Positions 12,955-27,100 of a DNA stretch of 64,000 nucleotides are shown piece by piece (positions within the stretch are counted from its first letter, which is position 1; each line of letters starts with the position of its first letter). The DNA comes from Eledone cirrhosa (taxonomy: Eukaryota): the NCBI GenBank assembly GCA_964016885.1, contig OZ024753.1:25792001-25856000 (forward strand), read 5' to 3'. The notes beneath the pieces are model-generated. The model was given only the letters and a program-made list of their open reading frames with translations. It had not been told where the DNA came from and ran no database searches. The position numbers and the translations under genes were made by a program.

Positions 12955-15900
12955 TATAAAACATGGGCAAATACTTAGAAAAACACATCAAGAAAATCAA
13001 AAAAAGATATAGATAAATGAAATAGAAATTGAAATATATAAAAATCTATCAAGAAATATAGTTAGGTGTGTGTATATGTATGTATATACGCTCACAGATA
13101 TGCATATATGTATATGCGCACATGTATATGTATAGTGAGAAAGTGTGCGTAATTCTAAATTTTAGGGCAAATGTATCTATATGTCTGTATTATACAGACA
13201 TAAATGGTTACATCGTAAATATATGAATATGAAGGCGCGCGCATAAAACGCCAGCACACTCGTACACTTAGACGCGGAAAGAAAGGAGGTAAGGGAGTGT
13301 AATAATTAAAAGAAAAGTATCAGTCTCGATATATTTATAAAAATATAATAACGATAAATTAGAAAGAAAAGATATTAGAAAGAAAAAATTAAAAAATTAA
13401 AGAAAACAAAAAACAAAAAAAGGGGGGGGGGGGTACATGCATACACAGACACGCGTGTCTCACAAAAGAAATGTAAAAATAATTATGCTTATATACACAC
13501 GCGCACTTACACATCCATACGTTCGATACGTACATACACACACACACACATACTTATACTCACGCATATAAACCTGTTTGCATGCCCACGCATGAAACTG
13601 AGTAAGTAAAAAAAGGAAAGGGGGGGGGGAGAAGAGAAAAGGAACAAAACATAAAACCGAGATGTCAAAAACACGGATATAAAGACACGTACACATACGC
13701 ATAATATATACATACACACACACACAAACACATGTACACACACATATATATACATATATATATATATATATACATATACATACACGCACGCGCGCGCACA
13801 CACGTAGTCACTCATGTACATATATAAAAAGGATACACACATTAAGGCGTTCAGCCATATTGATACAGGGTGTAAAAAACTTGCGGATAAATAAGTACAA
13901 ATATAAAATTGTAAGATAGGCTGCGCAAAAATAAAATAAAAATAAAAATGAAAAATATATCTGGATTGAAAAACACAAAAGACATCTGTAATCAGTTAGT
14001 GGAGGAAAAAGGGAAGTAAAAGAAGGGGAAGTAAAAAATAGAAAATAGAAAGTGGATCGGAGAATAAGGGGGGGGGGGATGTGAAGTAAAAATAAAAGTG
14101 AAAATAAATGAAATTATTGACAAGGATAAAAATGAAAGTAAGTCAGAAAGGGTAATTAAAAAGAGAATAATAAGAGTTTATGGAGGATAAGTATCTGAAA
14201 GTGTGTTAAGTTTATATGAGCTGGAAAGCAGGTGTGATTTCATGTGTGGGCAACTGGTGAAAATTTCCGTCTTTGTGTTCAGGCAGGTCTTTGGTGATTT
14301 AAGATTTTGCAATATCCAAAATTTTTCATTTATGCAGAGCGTGCATTTTCTTGTTCCTCTAGCATATTTTTTAGATTGGTTCAAAATTGACCAATTGACC
14401 AATTGACCAATTGACCAATTGACCAATTGACCAAAATTGACCAATCTAGTTTATATTGGATGCCTTGGTCTTTCAAATCCCAAATTCTGCTAGCCAGAGC
14501 TGTTGTAAATCTTTTTTCTGGATGTCGAAAGGATGCGACATGTGAGTAATAACGCGTTTGAATCTGTCTTGCGTCATACCCACATATCGTTCACTGGTGG
14601 CTGGATGGTTGTTGCTGATGGTTGTCACTTTAGCCGCATATACAATGGCTTTGGTGTTGCATTTACCTTGTAATGGGCATTCACTTTTGATTCTACAGGA
14701 GCAAGTTTGATTTTCTCTAGGTGATATTTTGTTGAGGATATAGGACTTACTAGGGGGACCGCAGGAATAGCTAATTTTAACACAGTTTCTGTTAAAGATC
14801 TTATAGTATCTATGTGTTCTAGGGAAATGTTTATATAGGAGTTCTAGGAATTTTTTGCCTACATTAGTTTTAACTGCTAGAGAGTAGGGGGGTGTGAACT
14901 AGATTATTTTTCTTTTCCTATTTTTATGTTTAATAGAGTTAGTGTAGTTAGGTATGTATTTAATCGGTTCGCTAAAGCCGCTATTTTGGAGGGCTTTATT
15001 ATAGTAGGGGGATGCCTTATTAAAAATAGCTTCTGAGGAAGAGATGGTGGAGATCCTACGGCTAATATTAGGGATAAGGTTTTTAAAAACTATAGGTGGA
15101 TGGCAAGATCCTTTATTTATATATTTTAAGTTTTCATTAGGTTTATGGTATGGTTTATAAGAAGCAGTAGGCAAATCTAGGTTTATATCTAGGAAATCTA
15201 CGTTGGAAAGGTTAGTGTCAATAGTAATTTTAAGATTAAAACTAGCGAAGGTTTTTATTAAGTCTTTCCTTAATCTATCTAAGTTATGGCCTATGGTGGT
15301 ATGGGAAAGTATTAGACCATCATCGCGATAAAGCCCAAAAATATGGTTAGGAAATTTTTCTTTAAGTGTATGTAAGAGGAATAGGCCGACCAGATCACAA
15401 ACCTCGGCACTGTCATAAGAGCCCATTGAGACATCGAATGGGTTCTCTGGGTTAGATATTTTTACCCAAGTGTCATTATCATTAAAAAGTAGAGTGTTCC
15501 TAGCATGCAAGATGACATTCTCTTCAATATCGGAGATATTAGTGAACCCTCTAGCGAAATTTAAAGCTTTCACTAAAAGGGTCTGAGTAATAGATGGGTA
15601 GAAATCTACAATGTCAAATTGGGTGAATCTAGAACTGTTTGAAAGACCAAGGCATCCAATATAAACTAGATTGGTCAATTTTGAACCAATCTAAAAAATA
15701 TGCTAGAGGAACAAGAAAATGCACGCTCTGCATAAATGAAAAATTTTGGATATTGCAAAATCTTAAATCACCAAAGACCTGCCTGAACACAAAGACGGAA
15801 ATTTTCACCAGTTGCCCACACATGAAATCACACCTGCTTTCCAGCTCATATAAACTTAACACACTTTCAGATACTTATCCTCCATAAACTCTTATTATTC

Positions 15901-16293
15901 TCTTTTTAATTACCCTTTCTGACTTACTTTCATTTTTATCCTTGTCAATAATTTCATTTATTTTCACTTTTATTTTTACTTCACATCCCCCCCCCCCTTT
16001 ATTCTCCGATCCACTTTCTATTTTCTATTTTTTACTTCCCCTTCTTTTACTTCCCTTTTTCCTCCACTAACTGATTACACTTGTCTTTTGTGTTTTTCAA
16101 TCCAGATATATTTTTCATTTTTATTTTTATTTTTATTTTATTTTTGCGCAGCCTATCTTACAATTTTATATTTGTACTTATTTATCCACAAATTTTTTAC
16201 ACCCTGTATCAATATGGCTGAACGCCTTAATGTGTGTATCCTTTTTATATATGTACATGAGTGACTACGTGTGTGCGCGCGCGTGCGTGTATG

Positions 16294-16368
<75 letters not shown>

Positions 16369-17155
16369 GTGTGTGTACATGTGTTTGTGTGTGTGTGTAT
16401 GTATATATTATGCGTATGTGTACGTGTCTTTATATCCGTGTTTTTGACATCTCGGTTTTATGTTTTGTTCCTTTTCTCTTCTCCCCCCCCTTTCCTTTTT
16501 TTACTTACTCAGTTTCATGCGTGGGCATGCAAACAGGTTTATATGCGTGAGTATAAGTATGTGTGTGTGTGTGTATGTACGTATCGAACGTATGGATGTG
16601 TAAGTGCGCGTGTGTATATAAGCATAATTATTTTTACATTTCTTTTGTGAGACACGCGTGTCTGTGTATGTATGTACCCCCCCCCCCTTTTTTTTGTTTT
16701 TTGTTTTCTTTAATTTTTTAATTTTTTCTTTCTAATATCTTTTCTTTCTAATTTATCGTTATTATATTTTTATAAATATATCGAGACTGATACTTTTCTT
16801 TTAATTATTACACTCCCTTACCTCCTTTCTTTCCGCATCTAAGTGTACGAGTGTGCTGGCGTTTTATGCGCGCGCCTTCATATTCATATATTTACGATGT
16901 AACCATTTCTGTCTGTATAATACAGACATATAGATACATTTGCCCTAAAATTTAGAATTACGCACACTTTCTCACTATACATATACATGTGCGCATATAC
17001 ATATATGCATATCTGTGAGCGTATATACATACATATACACACACCTAACTATATTTCTTGATAGATTTTTATATATTTCAATTTCTATTTCATTTATCTA
17101 TATCTTTTTTTGATTTTCTTGATGTGTTTTTCTAAGTATTCGCCCATGTTTTATA

Positions 17156-17231
17156 TTGCCTCGTCTGACGAACGAATGAAGTCATTTATTTCGTATTCGC
17201 CTCATTCGGGAAACCTCTGGTAATGAGGTAA
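17156..17231 (+). ncRNA. Type I hammerhead ribozyme, PLE1 inverted pLTR
   Basis: Stem I ttgcctcgt/atgaggtaa (9 bp, 2 GU); core CUGACGA 17165-17171; stem II cgaatga/tcattcg; GAAA 17210-17213; stem III cc-tct-gg; cleavage triplet GUA ending 17222. Confidence 0.87.
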
Positions 17232-17332
17232 TTATATTGTATTGATTTTTATACATTAAATTTTGCTCTGATACTTACATAGAGCACTCTTCATTTCTAT
17301 GACCTTTTCTGTTTCCAACGGAAATTTCAATA

Positions 17333-17368
<36 letters not shown>

Positions 17369-17500
17369 CCTTATCGAACCCTTTTCGGATTTTGGTCTGT
17401 ATTTATTATTACTATATATATACACACACGCCTTCTGTTTTTCCTTTCTTTCTCTCTACCTTCGGCCGACAGATACTAAAGCAACTTCAATTATCGAATA

Positions 17501-18141
17501 CTAGCAGTGGTAACCGGCGTTGTACGGGATAAGGTATTTTGGAACGCGGGCCGCCAACAGACCTAATCGTGGAAAAACTGCATGCCTGGACAATATGTAA
17601 AGAAAATAAACCTAATACTCTGATGGCTGGATAATCTTTAAGATTTTCCTCGATGAAGCAGGAAAAATGCAGGTTTTAACCTAATGCGGGCCCTAGGGGA
17701 TCAAGAAAATGAATTTTTTTAATGTGCATAATACGCCTTGAAATTTCGGGAAAAAAGGCTAGACGTAACGCCTCTAAAAATCCCTAAAGAGCTGAAAAAA
17801 TGAAGTTGTTTACCTAATGCGGGCCCTTGACCATAAAAAAGTTGGATTTTCTTTGCTCACGGTATGAAGAAGAGACTGACTAATACATAGTTACAATTTC
17901 AAGCAAATTGGTCTGACGTACGCCTAAAAAAAAACCATAAAAAGCTGAAAAAAACGCAGTTTTTCACCTAATGCGGGCTCTGGGGATCAAAAAGACTGTA
18001 TGTGCAAAACACTCCCTGAAACATAAGTAATACGCATGTAAAGTTTTAAAAAAATCGGTTGGGAGCTTCTCGTGTTTTAGGGATTCAAACTCACAGACAC
18101 ACACACACAGACAGACATCCTCAGTTTTATATATATATAGA
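17501..18141 (-). mobile_element. Non-autonomous Helitron
   Basis: Minus strand starts A|TCTATATATATATAAAAC then (TGTC)/(TG)n, and ends with hairpin ccg-tacaacgc-cgg about 9 nt before CTAG|T. A|T insertion without TSD. Internal repeats acctaatgcgggc occur 3 times. Confidence 0.85.
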
Positions 18142-18194
18142 TTATCATCGGGAGTGGGAGCTCAAATCACACATTGAGTGAAACCTAATTTCTG

Positions 18195-21100
18195 CATACC
18201 GTAGTCTGTGTGGCTGAGATGAAAGGTTTGCCTTTTCATACCGTAGTCTGTGTGGCTGAGATGAAAGGTTTGCCTTTTCATGTCGTAGTCTGTGTGGCTG
18301 AGATGAAAGGTTTGCCTTTTCATATCGTAGTCTGTGTGGCTGAGATGAAAGGTTTGCCTTTTCATACCGTAGTCTGTGTGGCTGAGACGAAAGGTTTGCC
18401 TTTTCATGTCGTAGTCTGTGTGGCTGAGATGAAAGGTTTGCCTTTTCATATCGTAGTCTGTGTGGCTGAGATGAAAGGTTTGCCTTTTCATACCGTAGTC
18501 TGTGTGGCTGAGACGAAAGGTTTGCCTTTTCATGTCGTAGTCTGTGTGGCTGAGATGAAAGGTTTGCCTTTTCATACCGTAGTCTGTGTGGCTGAGACGA
18601 AAGGTTTGCCTTTTCATGTCGTAGTCTGTGTGGCTGAGATGAAAGGTTTGCCTTTTCATATCGTAGTCTGTGTGGCTGAGATGAAAGGTTTGCCTTTTCA
18701 TACCGTAGTCTGTGTGGCTGAGACGAAAGGTTTGCCTTTTCATGTCGTAGTCTGTGTGGCTGAGATGAAAGGTTTGCCTTTTCATACCGTAGTCTGTGTG
18801 GCTGAGATGAAAGGTTTGCCTTTTCATGTCGTAGTCTGTGTGGCTGAGACGAAAGGTTTGCCTTTTCATGTCGTAGTCTGTGTGGCTGAGATGAAAGGTT
18901 TGCCTTTTCATACCGTAGTCTGTGTGGCTGAGATGAAAGGTTTGCCTTTTCATGTCGTAGTCTGTGTGGCTGAGATGAAAGGTTTGCCTTTTCATGTCGT
19001 AGTCTGTGTGGCTGAGACGAAAGGTTTGCCTTTTCATGTCGTAGTCTGTGTGGCTGAGATGAAAGGTTTGCCTTTTCATGTCGTAGTCTGTGTGGCTGAG
19101 ATGAAAGGTTTGCCTTTTCATGTCGTAGTCTGTGTGGCTGAGATGAAAGGTTTGCCTTTTCATGTCGTAGTCTGTGTGGCTGAGACGAAAGGTTTGCCTT
19201 TTCATGTCGTAGTCTGTGTGGCTGAGATGAAAGGTTTGCCTTTTCATGTCGTAGTCTGTGTGGCTGAGATGAAAGGTTTGCCTTTTCATACCGTAGTCTG
19301 TGTGGCTGAGATGAAAGGTTTGCCTTTTCATGTCGTAGTCTGTGTGGCTGAGACGAAAGGTTTGCCTTTTCATGTCGTAGTCTGTGTGGCTGAGATGAAA
19401 GGTTTGCCTTTTCATGTCGTAGTCTGTGTGGCTGAGATGAAAGGTTTGCCTTTTCATACCGTAGTCTGTGTGGCTGAGATGAAAGGTTTGCCTTTTCATG
19501 TCGTAGTCTGTGTGGCTGAGACGAAAGGTTTGCCTTTTCATGTCGTAGTCTGTGTGGCTGAGATGAAAGGTTTGCCTTTTCATGTCGTAGTCTGTGTGGC
19601 TGAGACGAAAGGTTTGCCTTTTCATGTCGTAGTCTGTGTGGCTGAGATGAAAGGTTTGCCTTTTCATGCCGTAGTCTGTGTGGCTGAGACGAAAGGTTTG
19701 CCTTTTCATGTCGTAGTCTGTGTGGCTGAGATGAAAGGTTTGCCTTTTCATGTCGTAGTCTGTGTGGCTGAAAGGAAAGGTTTGCCTTTTCATGCCGTAG
19801 TCTGTGTGGCTGAGACGAAAGGTTTGCCTTTTCATGTCGTAGTCTGTGTGGCTGAGATGAAAGGTTTGCCTTTTCATGTCGTAGTCTGTGTGGCTGAGAT
19901 GAAAGGTTTGCCTTTTCATGCCGTAGTCTGTGTGGCTGAGATGAAAGGTTTGCCTTTTCATGTCGTAGTCTGTGTGGCTGAAAGGAAAGGTTTGCCTTTT
20001 CATGCCGTAGTCTGTGTGGCTGAGACGAAAGGTTTGCCTTTTCATACCGTAGTCTGTGTGGCTGAGATGAAAGGTTTGCCTTTTCATGTCGTAGTCTGTG
20101 TGGCTGAGATGAAAGGTTTGCCTTTTCATGCCGTAGTCTCTGTGGCTGAGACGAAAGGTTTGCCTTTTCATACCGCAGTCTGTGTGGCTGAGATGAAAGG
20201 TTTGCCTTTTCATGTCGTAGTCTGTGTGGCTGAGATGAAAGGTTTGCCTTTTCATGCCGTAGTCTGTGTGGCTGAGATGAAAGGTTTGCCTTTTCATACC
20301 GTAGTCTGTGTGGCTGAGATGAAAGGTTTGCCTTTTCATGTCGTAGTCTGTGTGGCTGAGATGAAAGGTTTGCCTTTTCATGTCGTAGTCTGTGTGGCTG
20401 AGATGAAAGGTTTGCCTTTTCATACCGTAGTCTGTGTGGCTGAGATGAAAGGTTTGCCTTTTCATACCGTAGTCTGTGTGGCTGAGATGAAAGGTTTGCC
20501 TTTTCATGTCGTAGTCTGTGTGGCTGAGATGAAAGGTTTGCCTTTTCATGTCGTAGTCTGTGTGGCTGAGACGAAAGGTTTGCCTTTTCATGCCGTAGTC
20601 TGTGTGGCTGAGATGAAAGGTTTGCCTTTTCATACCGTAGTCTGTGTGGCTGAGATGAAAGGTTTGCCTTTTCATGTCGTAGTCTGTGTGGCTGAGATGA
20701 AAGGTTTGCCTTTTCATGTCGTAGTCTGTGTGGCTGAGACGAAAGGTTTGCCTTTTCATGTCGTAGTCTGTGTGGCTGAGATGAAAGGTTTGCCTTTTCA
20801 TGCCGTAGTCTGTGTGGCTGAGACGAAAGGTTTGCCTTTTCATGTCGTAGTCTGTGTGGCTGAGATGAAAGGTTTGCCTTTTCATGTCGTAGTCTGTGTG
20901 GCTGAAAGGAAAGGTTTGCCTTTTCATGCCGTAGTCTGTGTGGCTGAGACGAAAGGTTTGCCTTTTCATGTCGTAGTCTGTGTGGCTGAGATGAAAGGTT
21001 TGCCTTTTCATGTCGTAGTCTGTGTGGCTGAGATGAAAGGTTTGCCTTTTCATGCCGTAGTCTGTGTGGCTGAGATGAAAGGTTTGCCTTTTCATGTCGT

Positions 21101-24100
21101 AGTCTGTGTGGCTGAAAGGAAAGGTTTGCCTTTTCATGCCGTAGTCTGTGTGGCTGAGACGAAAGGTTTGCCTTTTCATACCGTAGTCTGTGTGGCTGAG
21201 ATGAAAGGTTTGCCTTTTCATGCCGTAGTCTCTGTGGCTGAGACGAAAGGTTTGCCTTTTCATACCGTAGTCTGTGTGGCTGAGATGAAAGGTTTGCCTT
21301 TTCATGTCGTAGTCTGTGTGGCTGAGATGAAAGGTTTGCCTTTTCATGCCGTAGTCTGTGTGGCTGAGATGAAAGGTTTGCCTTTTCATACCGTAGTCTG
21401 TGTGGCTGAGATGAAAGGTTTGCCTTTTCATGTCGTAGTCTGTGTGGCTGAGATGAAAGGTTTGCCTTTTCATGTCGTAGTCTGTGTGGCTGAGATGAAA
21501 GGTTTGCCTTTTCATGTCGTAGTCTGTGTGGCTGAGATGAAAGGTTTGCCTTTTCATACCGTAGTCTGTGTGGCTGAGATGAAAGGTTTGCCTTTTCATG
21601 TCGTAGTCTGTGTGGCTGAGATGAAAGGTTTGCCTTTTCATGTCGTAGTCTGTGTGGCTGAGATGAAAGGTTTGCCTTTTCATACCGTAGTCTGTGTGGC
21701 TGAGATGAAAGGTTTGCCTTTTCATGTCGTAGTCTGTGTGGCTGAGATGAAAGGTTTGCCTTTTCATGTCGTAGTCTGTGTGGCTGAGATGAAAGGTTTG
21801 CCTTTTCATACCGTAGTCTGTGTGGCTGAGATGAAAGGTTTGCCTTTTCATGTCGTAGTCTGTGTGGCTGAGATGAAAGGTTTGCCTTTTCATGTCGTAG
21901 TCTGTGTGGCTGAGATGAAAGGTTTGCCTTTTCATGTCGTAGTCTGTGTGGCTGAGATGAAAGGTTTGCCTTTTCATACCGTAGTCTGTGTGGCTGAGAT
22001 GAAAGGTTTGCCTTTTCATACCGTAGTCTGTGTGGCTGAGATGAAAGGTTTGCCTTTTCATGCCGTAGTCTGTGTGGCTGAGATGAAAGGTTTGCCTTTT
22101 CATGCCGTAGTCTGTGTGGCTGAGATGAAAGGTTTGCCTTTTCATGTCGTAGTCTGTGTGGCTGAGATGAAAGGTTTGCCTTTTCATACCGTAGTCTGTG
22201 TGGCTGAGATGAAAGGTTTGCCTTTTCATGTCGTAGTCTGTGTGGCTGAGATGAAAGGTTTGCCTTTTCATGTCGTAGTCTGTGTGGCTGAGATGAAAGG
22301 TTTGCCTTTTCATACCGTAGTCTGTGTGGCTGAGATGAAAGGTTTGCCTTTTCATGTCGTAGTCTGTGTGGCTGAGATGAAAGGTTTGCCTTTTCATGTC
22401 GTAGTCTGTGTGGCTGAGATGAAAGGTTTGCCTTTTCATGTCGTAGTCTGTGTGGCTGAGATGAAAGGTTTGCCTTTTCATGTCGTAGTCTGTGTGGCTG
22501 AGATGAAAGGTTTGCCTTTTCATGTCGTAGTCTGTGTGGCTGAGATGAAAGGTTTGCCTTTTCATACCGTAGTCTGTGTGGCTGAGATGAAAGGTTTGCC
22601 TTTTCATACCGTAGTCTGTGTGGCTGAGATGAAAGGTTTGCCTTTTCATGTCGTAGTCTGTGTGGCTGAGATGAAAGGTTTGCCTTTTCATGTCGTAGTC
22701 TGTGTGGCTGAGATGAAAGGTTTGCCTTTTCATGTCGTAGTCTGTGTGGCTGAGATGAAAGGTTTGCCTTTTCATGTCGTAGTCTGTGTGGCTGAGATGA
22801 AAGGTTTGCCTTTTCATACCGTAGTCTGTGTGGCTGAGATGAAAGGTTTGCCTTTTCATGTCGTAGTCTGTGTGGCTGAGATGAAAGGTTTGCCTTTTCA
22901 TGCCGTAGTCTGTGTGGCTGAGATGAAAGGTTTGCCTTTTCATACCGTAGTCTGTGTGGCTGAGATGAAAGGTTTGCCTTTTCATACCGTAGTCTGTGTG
23001 GCTGAGATGAAAGGTTTGCCTTTTCATGTCGTAGTCTGTGTGGCTGAAAGGAAAGGTTTGCCTTTTCATGTCGTAGTCTGTGTGGCTGAGATGAAAGGTT
23101 TGCCTTTTCATACCGTAGTCTGTGTGGCTGAGATGAAAGGTTTGCCTTTTCATACCGTAGTCTGTGTGGCTGAGATGAAAGGTTTGCCTTTTCATGTCGT
23201 AGTCTGTGTGGCTGAAAGGAAAGGTTTGCCTTTTCATGTCGTAGTCTGTGTGGCTGAGATGAAAGGTTTGCCTTTTCATACCGTAGTCTGTGTGGCTGAG
23301 ATGAAAGGTTTGCCTTTTCATGTCGTAGTCTGTGTGGCTGAGATGAAAGGTTTGCCTTTTCATGTCGTAGTCTGTGTGGCTGAGATGAAAGGTTTGCCTT
23401 TTCATGTCGTAGTCTGTGTGGCTGAGATGAAAGGTTTGCCTTTTCATACCGTAGTCTGTGTGGCTGAGATGAAAGGTTTGCCTTTTCATACCGTAGTCTG
23501 TGTGGCTGAGATGAAAGGTTTGCCTTTTCATGTCGTAGTCTGTGTGGCTGAGATGAAAGGTTTGCCTTTTCATGTCGTAGTCTGTGTGGCTGAGATGAAA
23601 GGTTTGCCTTTTCATGTCGTAGTCTGTGTGGCTGAGATGAAAGGTTTGCCTTTTCATGTCGTAGTCTGTGTGGCTGAGATGAAAGGTTTGCCTTTTCATA
23701 CCGTAGTCTGTGTGGCTGAGATGAAAGGTTTGCCTTTTCATACCGTAGTCTGTGTGGCTGAGATGAAAGGTTTGCCTTTTCATACCGTAGTCTGTGTGGC
23801 TGAGATGAAAGGTTTGCCTTTTCATGTCGTAGTCTGTGTGGCTGAGATGAAAGGTTTGCCTTTTCATACCGTAGTCTGTGTGGCTGAGATGAAAGGTTTG
23901 CCTTTTCATACCGTAGTCTGTGTGGCTGAGATGAAAGGTTTGCCTTTTCATGTCGTAGTCTGTGTGGCTGAAAGGAAAGGTTTGCCTTTTCATGTCGTAG
24001 TCTGTGTGGCTGAGATGAAAGGTTTGCCTTTTCATACCGTAGTCTGTGTGGCTGAGATGAAAGGTTTGCCTTTTCATGTCGTAGTCTGTGTGGCTGAGAT

Positions 24101-27100
24101 GAAAGGTTTGCCTTTTCATGTCGTAGTCTGTGTGGCTGAGATGAAAGGTTTGCCTTTTCATGTCGTAGTCTGTGTGGCTGAGATGAAAGGTTTGCCTTTT
24201 CATACCGTAGTCTGTGTGGCTGAGATGAAAGGTTTGCCTTTTCATACCGTAGTCTGTGTGGCTGAGATGAAAGGTTTGCCTTTTCATGTCGTAGTCTGTG
24301 TGGCTGAGATGAAAGGTTTGCCTTTTCATGTCGTAGTCTGTGTGGCTGAGATGAAAGGTTTGCCTTTTCATGTCGTAGTCTGTGTGGCTGAGATGAAAGG
24401 TTTGCCTTTTCATGTCGTAGTCTGTGTGGCTGAGATGAAAGGTTTGCCTTTTCATACCGTAGTCTGTGTGGCTGAGATGAAAGGTTTGCCTTTTCATGTC
24501 GTAGTCTGTGTGGCTGAGATGAAAGGTTTGCCTTTTCATACCGTAGTCTGTGTGGCTGAGATGAAAGGTTTGCCTTTTCATACCGTAGTCCGTGTGGCTG
24601 AGATGAAAGGTTTGCCTTTTCATACCGTAGTCTGTGTGGCTGAGATGAAAGGTTTGCCTTTTCATACCGTAGTCTGTGTGGCTGAGATGAAAGGTTTGCC
24701 TTTTCATGTCGTAGTCTGTTGTGGCTGAGATGAAAGGTTTGCCTTTTCATGTCGTAGTCTGTGTGGCTGAGATGAAAGGTTTGCCTTTTCATGTCGTAGT
24801 CTGTGTGGCTGAGATGAAAGGTTTGCCTTTTCATACCGTAGTCTGTGTGCTGAGATGAAAGGTTTGCCTTTTCATACCGTAGTCTGTGTGGCTGAGATGA
24901 AAGGTTTGCCTTTTCATGTCGTAGTCTGTGTGGCTGAGATGAAAGGTTTGCCTTTTCATGTCGTAGTCTGTGTGGCTGAGATGAAAGGTTTGCCTTTTCA
25001 TGTCGTAGTCTGTGTGGCTGAGATGAAAGGTTTGCCTTTTCATGTCGTAGTCTGTGTGGCTGAGATGAAAGGTTTTGCCTTTTCATGTCGTAGTCTGTGT
25101 GCTGAGATGAAAGGTTTGCCTTTTCATGCCGTAGTCTGTGTGGCTGAGATGAAAGGTTTGCCTTTTCATGCCGTAGTCTGTGTGGCTGAGATGAAAGGTT
25201 TGCCTTTTCATGCCGTAGTCTGTGTGGCTGAGATGAAAGGTTTGCCTTTTCATGTCGTAGTCTGTGTGGCTGAGATGAAGGTTTTGCCTTTTCATACGTA
25301 GTCTGTGTGCTGAGATGAAAGGTTTGCCTTTTCATGTCGTAGTCTGTGTGGCTGAGATGAAAGGTTTGCCTTTTCATGTCGTAGTCTGTGTGGCTGAGAT
25401 GAAAGGTTTGCCTTTTTCATGTCGTAGTCTGTGTGGCTGAGATGAAAGGTTTGCCTTTTCATACCGTAGTCTGTGTGGCTGAGATGAAAGGTTTGCCTTT
25501 CATGTCGTAGTCTGTGTGGCTGAGATGAAAGGTTTGCCTTTTCATGTCGTAGTCTGTGTGGCTGAGATGAAAGGTTTGCCTTTTCATGTCGTAGTCTGTG
25601 TGGCTGAGATGAAAGGTTTGCCTTTTCATACCGTAGTCTGTGTGGCTGAGATGAAAGGTTTGCCTTTTCATGTCGTAGTCTGTGTGGCTGAGATGAAAGG
25701 TTTGCCTTTTCATGTCGTAGTCTGTGTGGCTGAGATGAAAGGTTTGCCTTTTCATGTCGTAGTCTGTGTGGCTGAGATGAAAGGTTTGCCTTTTCATGTC
25801 GTAGTCTGTGTGGCTGAGATGAAAGGTTTGCCTTTTCATACCGTAGTCTGTGTCTGAGATGAAAGGTTTGCCTTTTCATACCGTAGTCTGTGTGGCTGAG
25901 ATGAAAGGTTTGCCTTTTCATGTCGTAGTCTGTGTGGCTGAGATGAAAGGTTTGCCTTTTCATGTCGTAGTCTGTGTGGCTGAGATGAAAGGTTTGCCTT
26001 TTCATACCGTAGTCTGTGTGGCTGAGATGAAAGGTTTGCCTTTTCATGTCGTAGTCTGTGTGGCTGAGATGAAAGGTTTGCCTTTTCATGTCGTAGTCTG
26101 TGTGGCTGAGATGAAAGGTTTGCCTTTTCATGTCGTAGTCTGTGTGGCTGAGATGAAAGGTTTGCCTTTTCATGTCGTAGTCTGTGTGGCTGAGATGAAA
26201 GGTTTGCCTTTTCATACCGTAGTCTGTGTCTGAGATGAAAGGTTTGCCTTTTCATACCGTAGTCTGTGTGGCTGAGATGAAAGGTTTGCCTTTTCATGTC
26301 GTAGTCTGTGTGGCTGAGATGAAAGGTTTGCCTTTTCATGTCGTAGTCTGTGTGGCTGAGATGAAAGGTTTGCCTTTTCATACCGTAGTCTGTGTGGCTG
26401 AGATGAAAGGTTTGCCTTTTCATGTCGTAGTCTGTGTGGCTGAGATGAAAGGTTTGCCTTTTCATGTCGTAGTCTGTGTGGCTGAGATGAAAGGTTTGCC
26501 TTTTCATGTCGTAGTCTGTGTGGCTGAGATGAAAGGTTTGCCTTTTCATACCGTAGTCTGTGTGGCTGAGATGAAAGGTTTGCCTTTTCATGTCGTAGTC
26601 TGTGTGGCTGAGATGAAAAGGTTTGCCTTTTCATGTCGTAGTCTGTGTGGCTGAGATGAAAGGTTTGCCTTTTCATGTCGTAGTCTGTGTGGCTGAGATG
26701 AAAGGTTTGCCTTTTCATGTCGTAGTCTGTGTGGCTGAGATGAAAGGTTTGCCTTTTCATACCGTAGTCTGTGTGGCTGAGATGAAAGGTTTGCCTTTTC
26801 ATGTCGTAGTCTGTGTGGCTGAGATGAAAGGTTTGCCTTTTCATGCCGTAGTCTGTGTGGCTGAGATGAAAGGTTTGCCTTTTCATACCGTAGTCTGTGT
26901 GGCTGAGATGAAAGGTTTGCCTTTTCATACCGTAGTCTGTGTGGCTGAGATGAAAGGTTTGCCTTTTCATGTCGTAGTCTGTGGCTGAAAGGAAAGGTTT
27001 GCCTTTTCATGTCGTAGTCTGTGTGGCTGAGATGAAAGGTTTGCCTTTTCATACCGTAGTCTGTGTGGCTGAGATGAAAGGTTTGCCTTTTCATACCGTA

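Larger units (their letters stand above)
12852..17333 (-). mobile_element. Penelope-like element 1 (Naiad-type), 5'-truncated, with inverted pLTR (arms 12852-14477 and 15638-17258)
   Basis: Minus frame gives FDIVDFYPSI, FDVSMGSYDSAEVCDLVG, YRDDGL, FLDINL, I*FTPPYS (W to TAG at 14899), SCRIKSECPLQGKC, IVY..YVG and CTLCINEK..CPH. The EN end and 3' UTR are repeated inverted on +. (TA)n on both flanks. Confidence 0.93.

Noticed and set aside
14899-14901. Selenocysteine recoding, as reported for some Naiad elements
   Set aside because: The in-frame stop is TAG at a conserved Trp. The PLE2 and PLE3 frames show no in-frame TGA at Cys positions and no clear SECIS was seen. The 5' parts are missing, so this is not excluded for the families.
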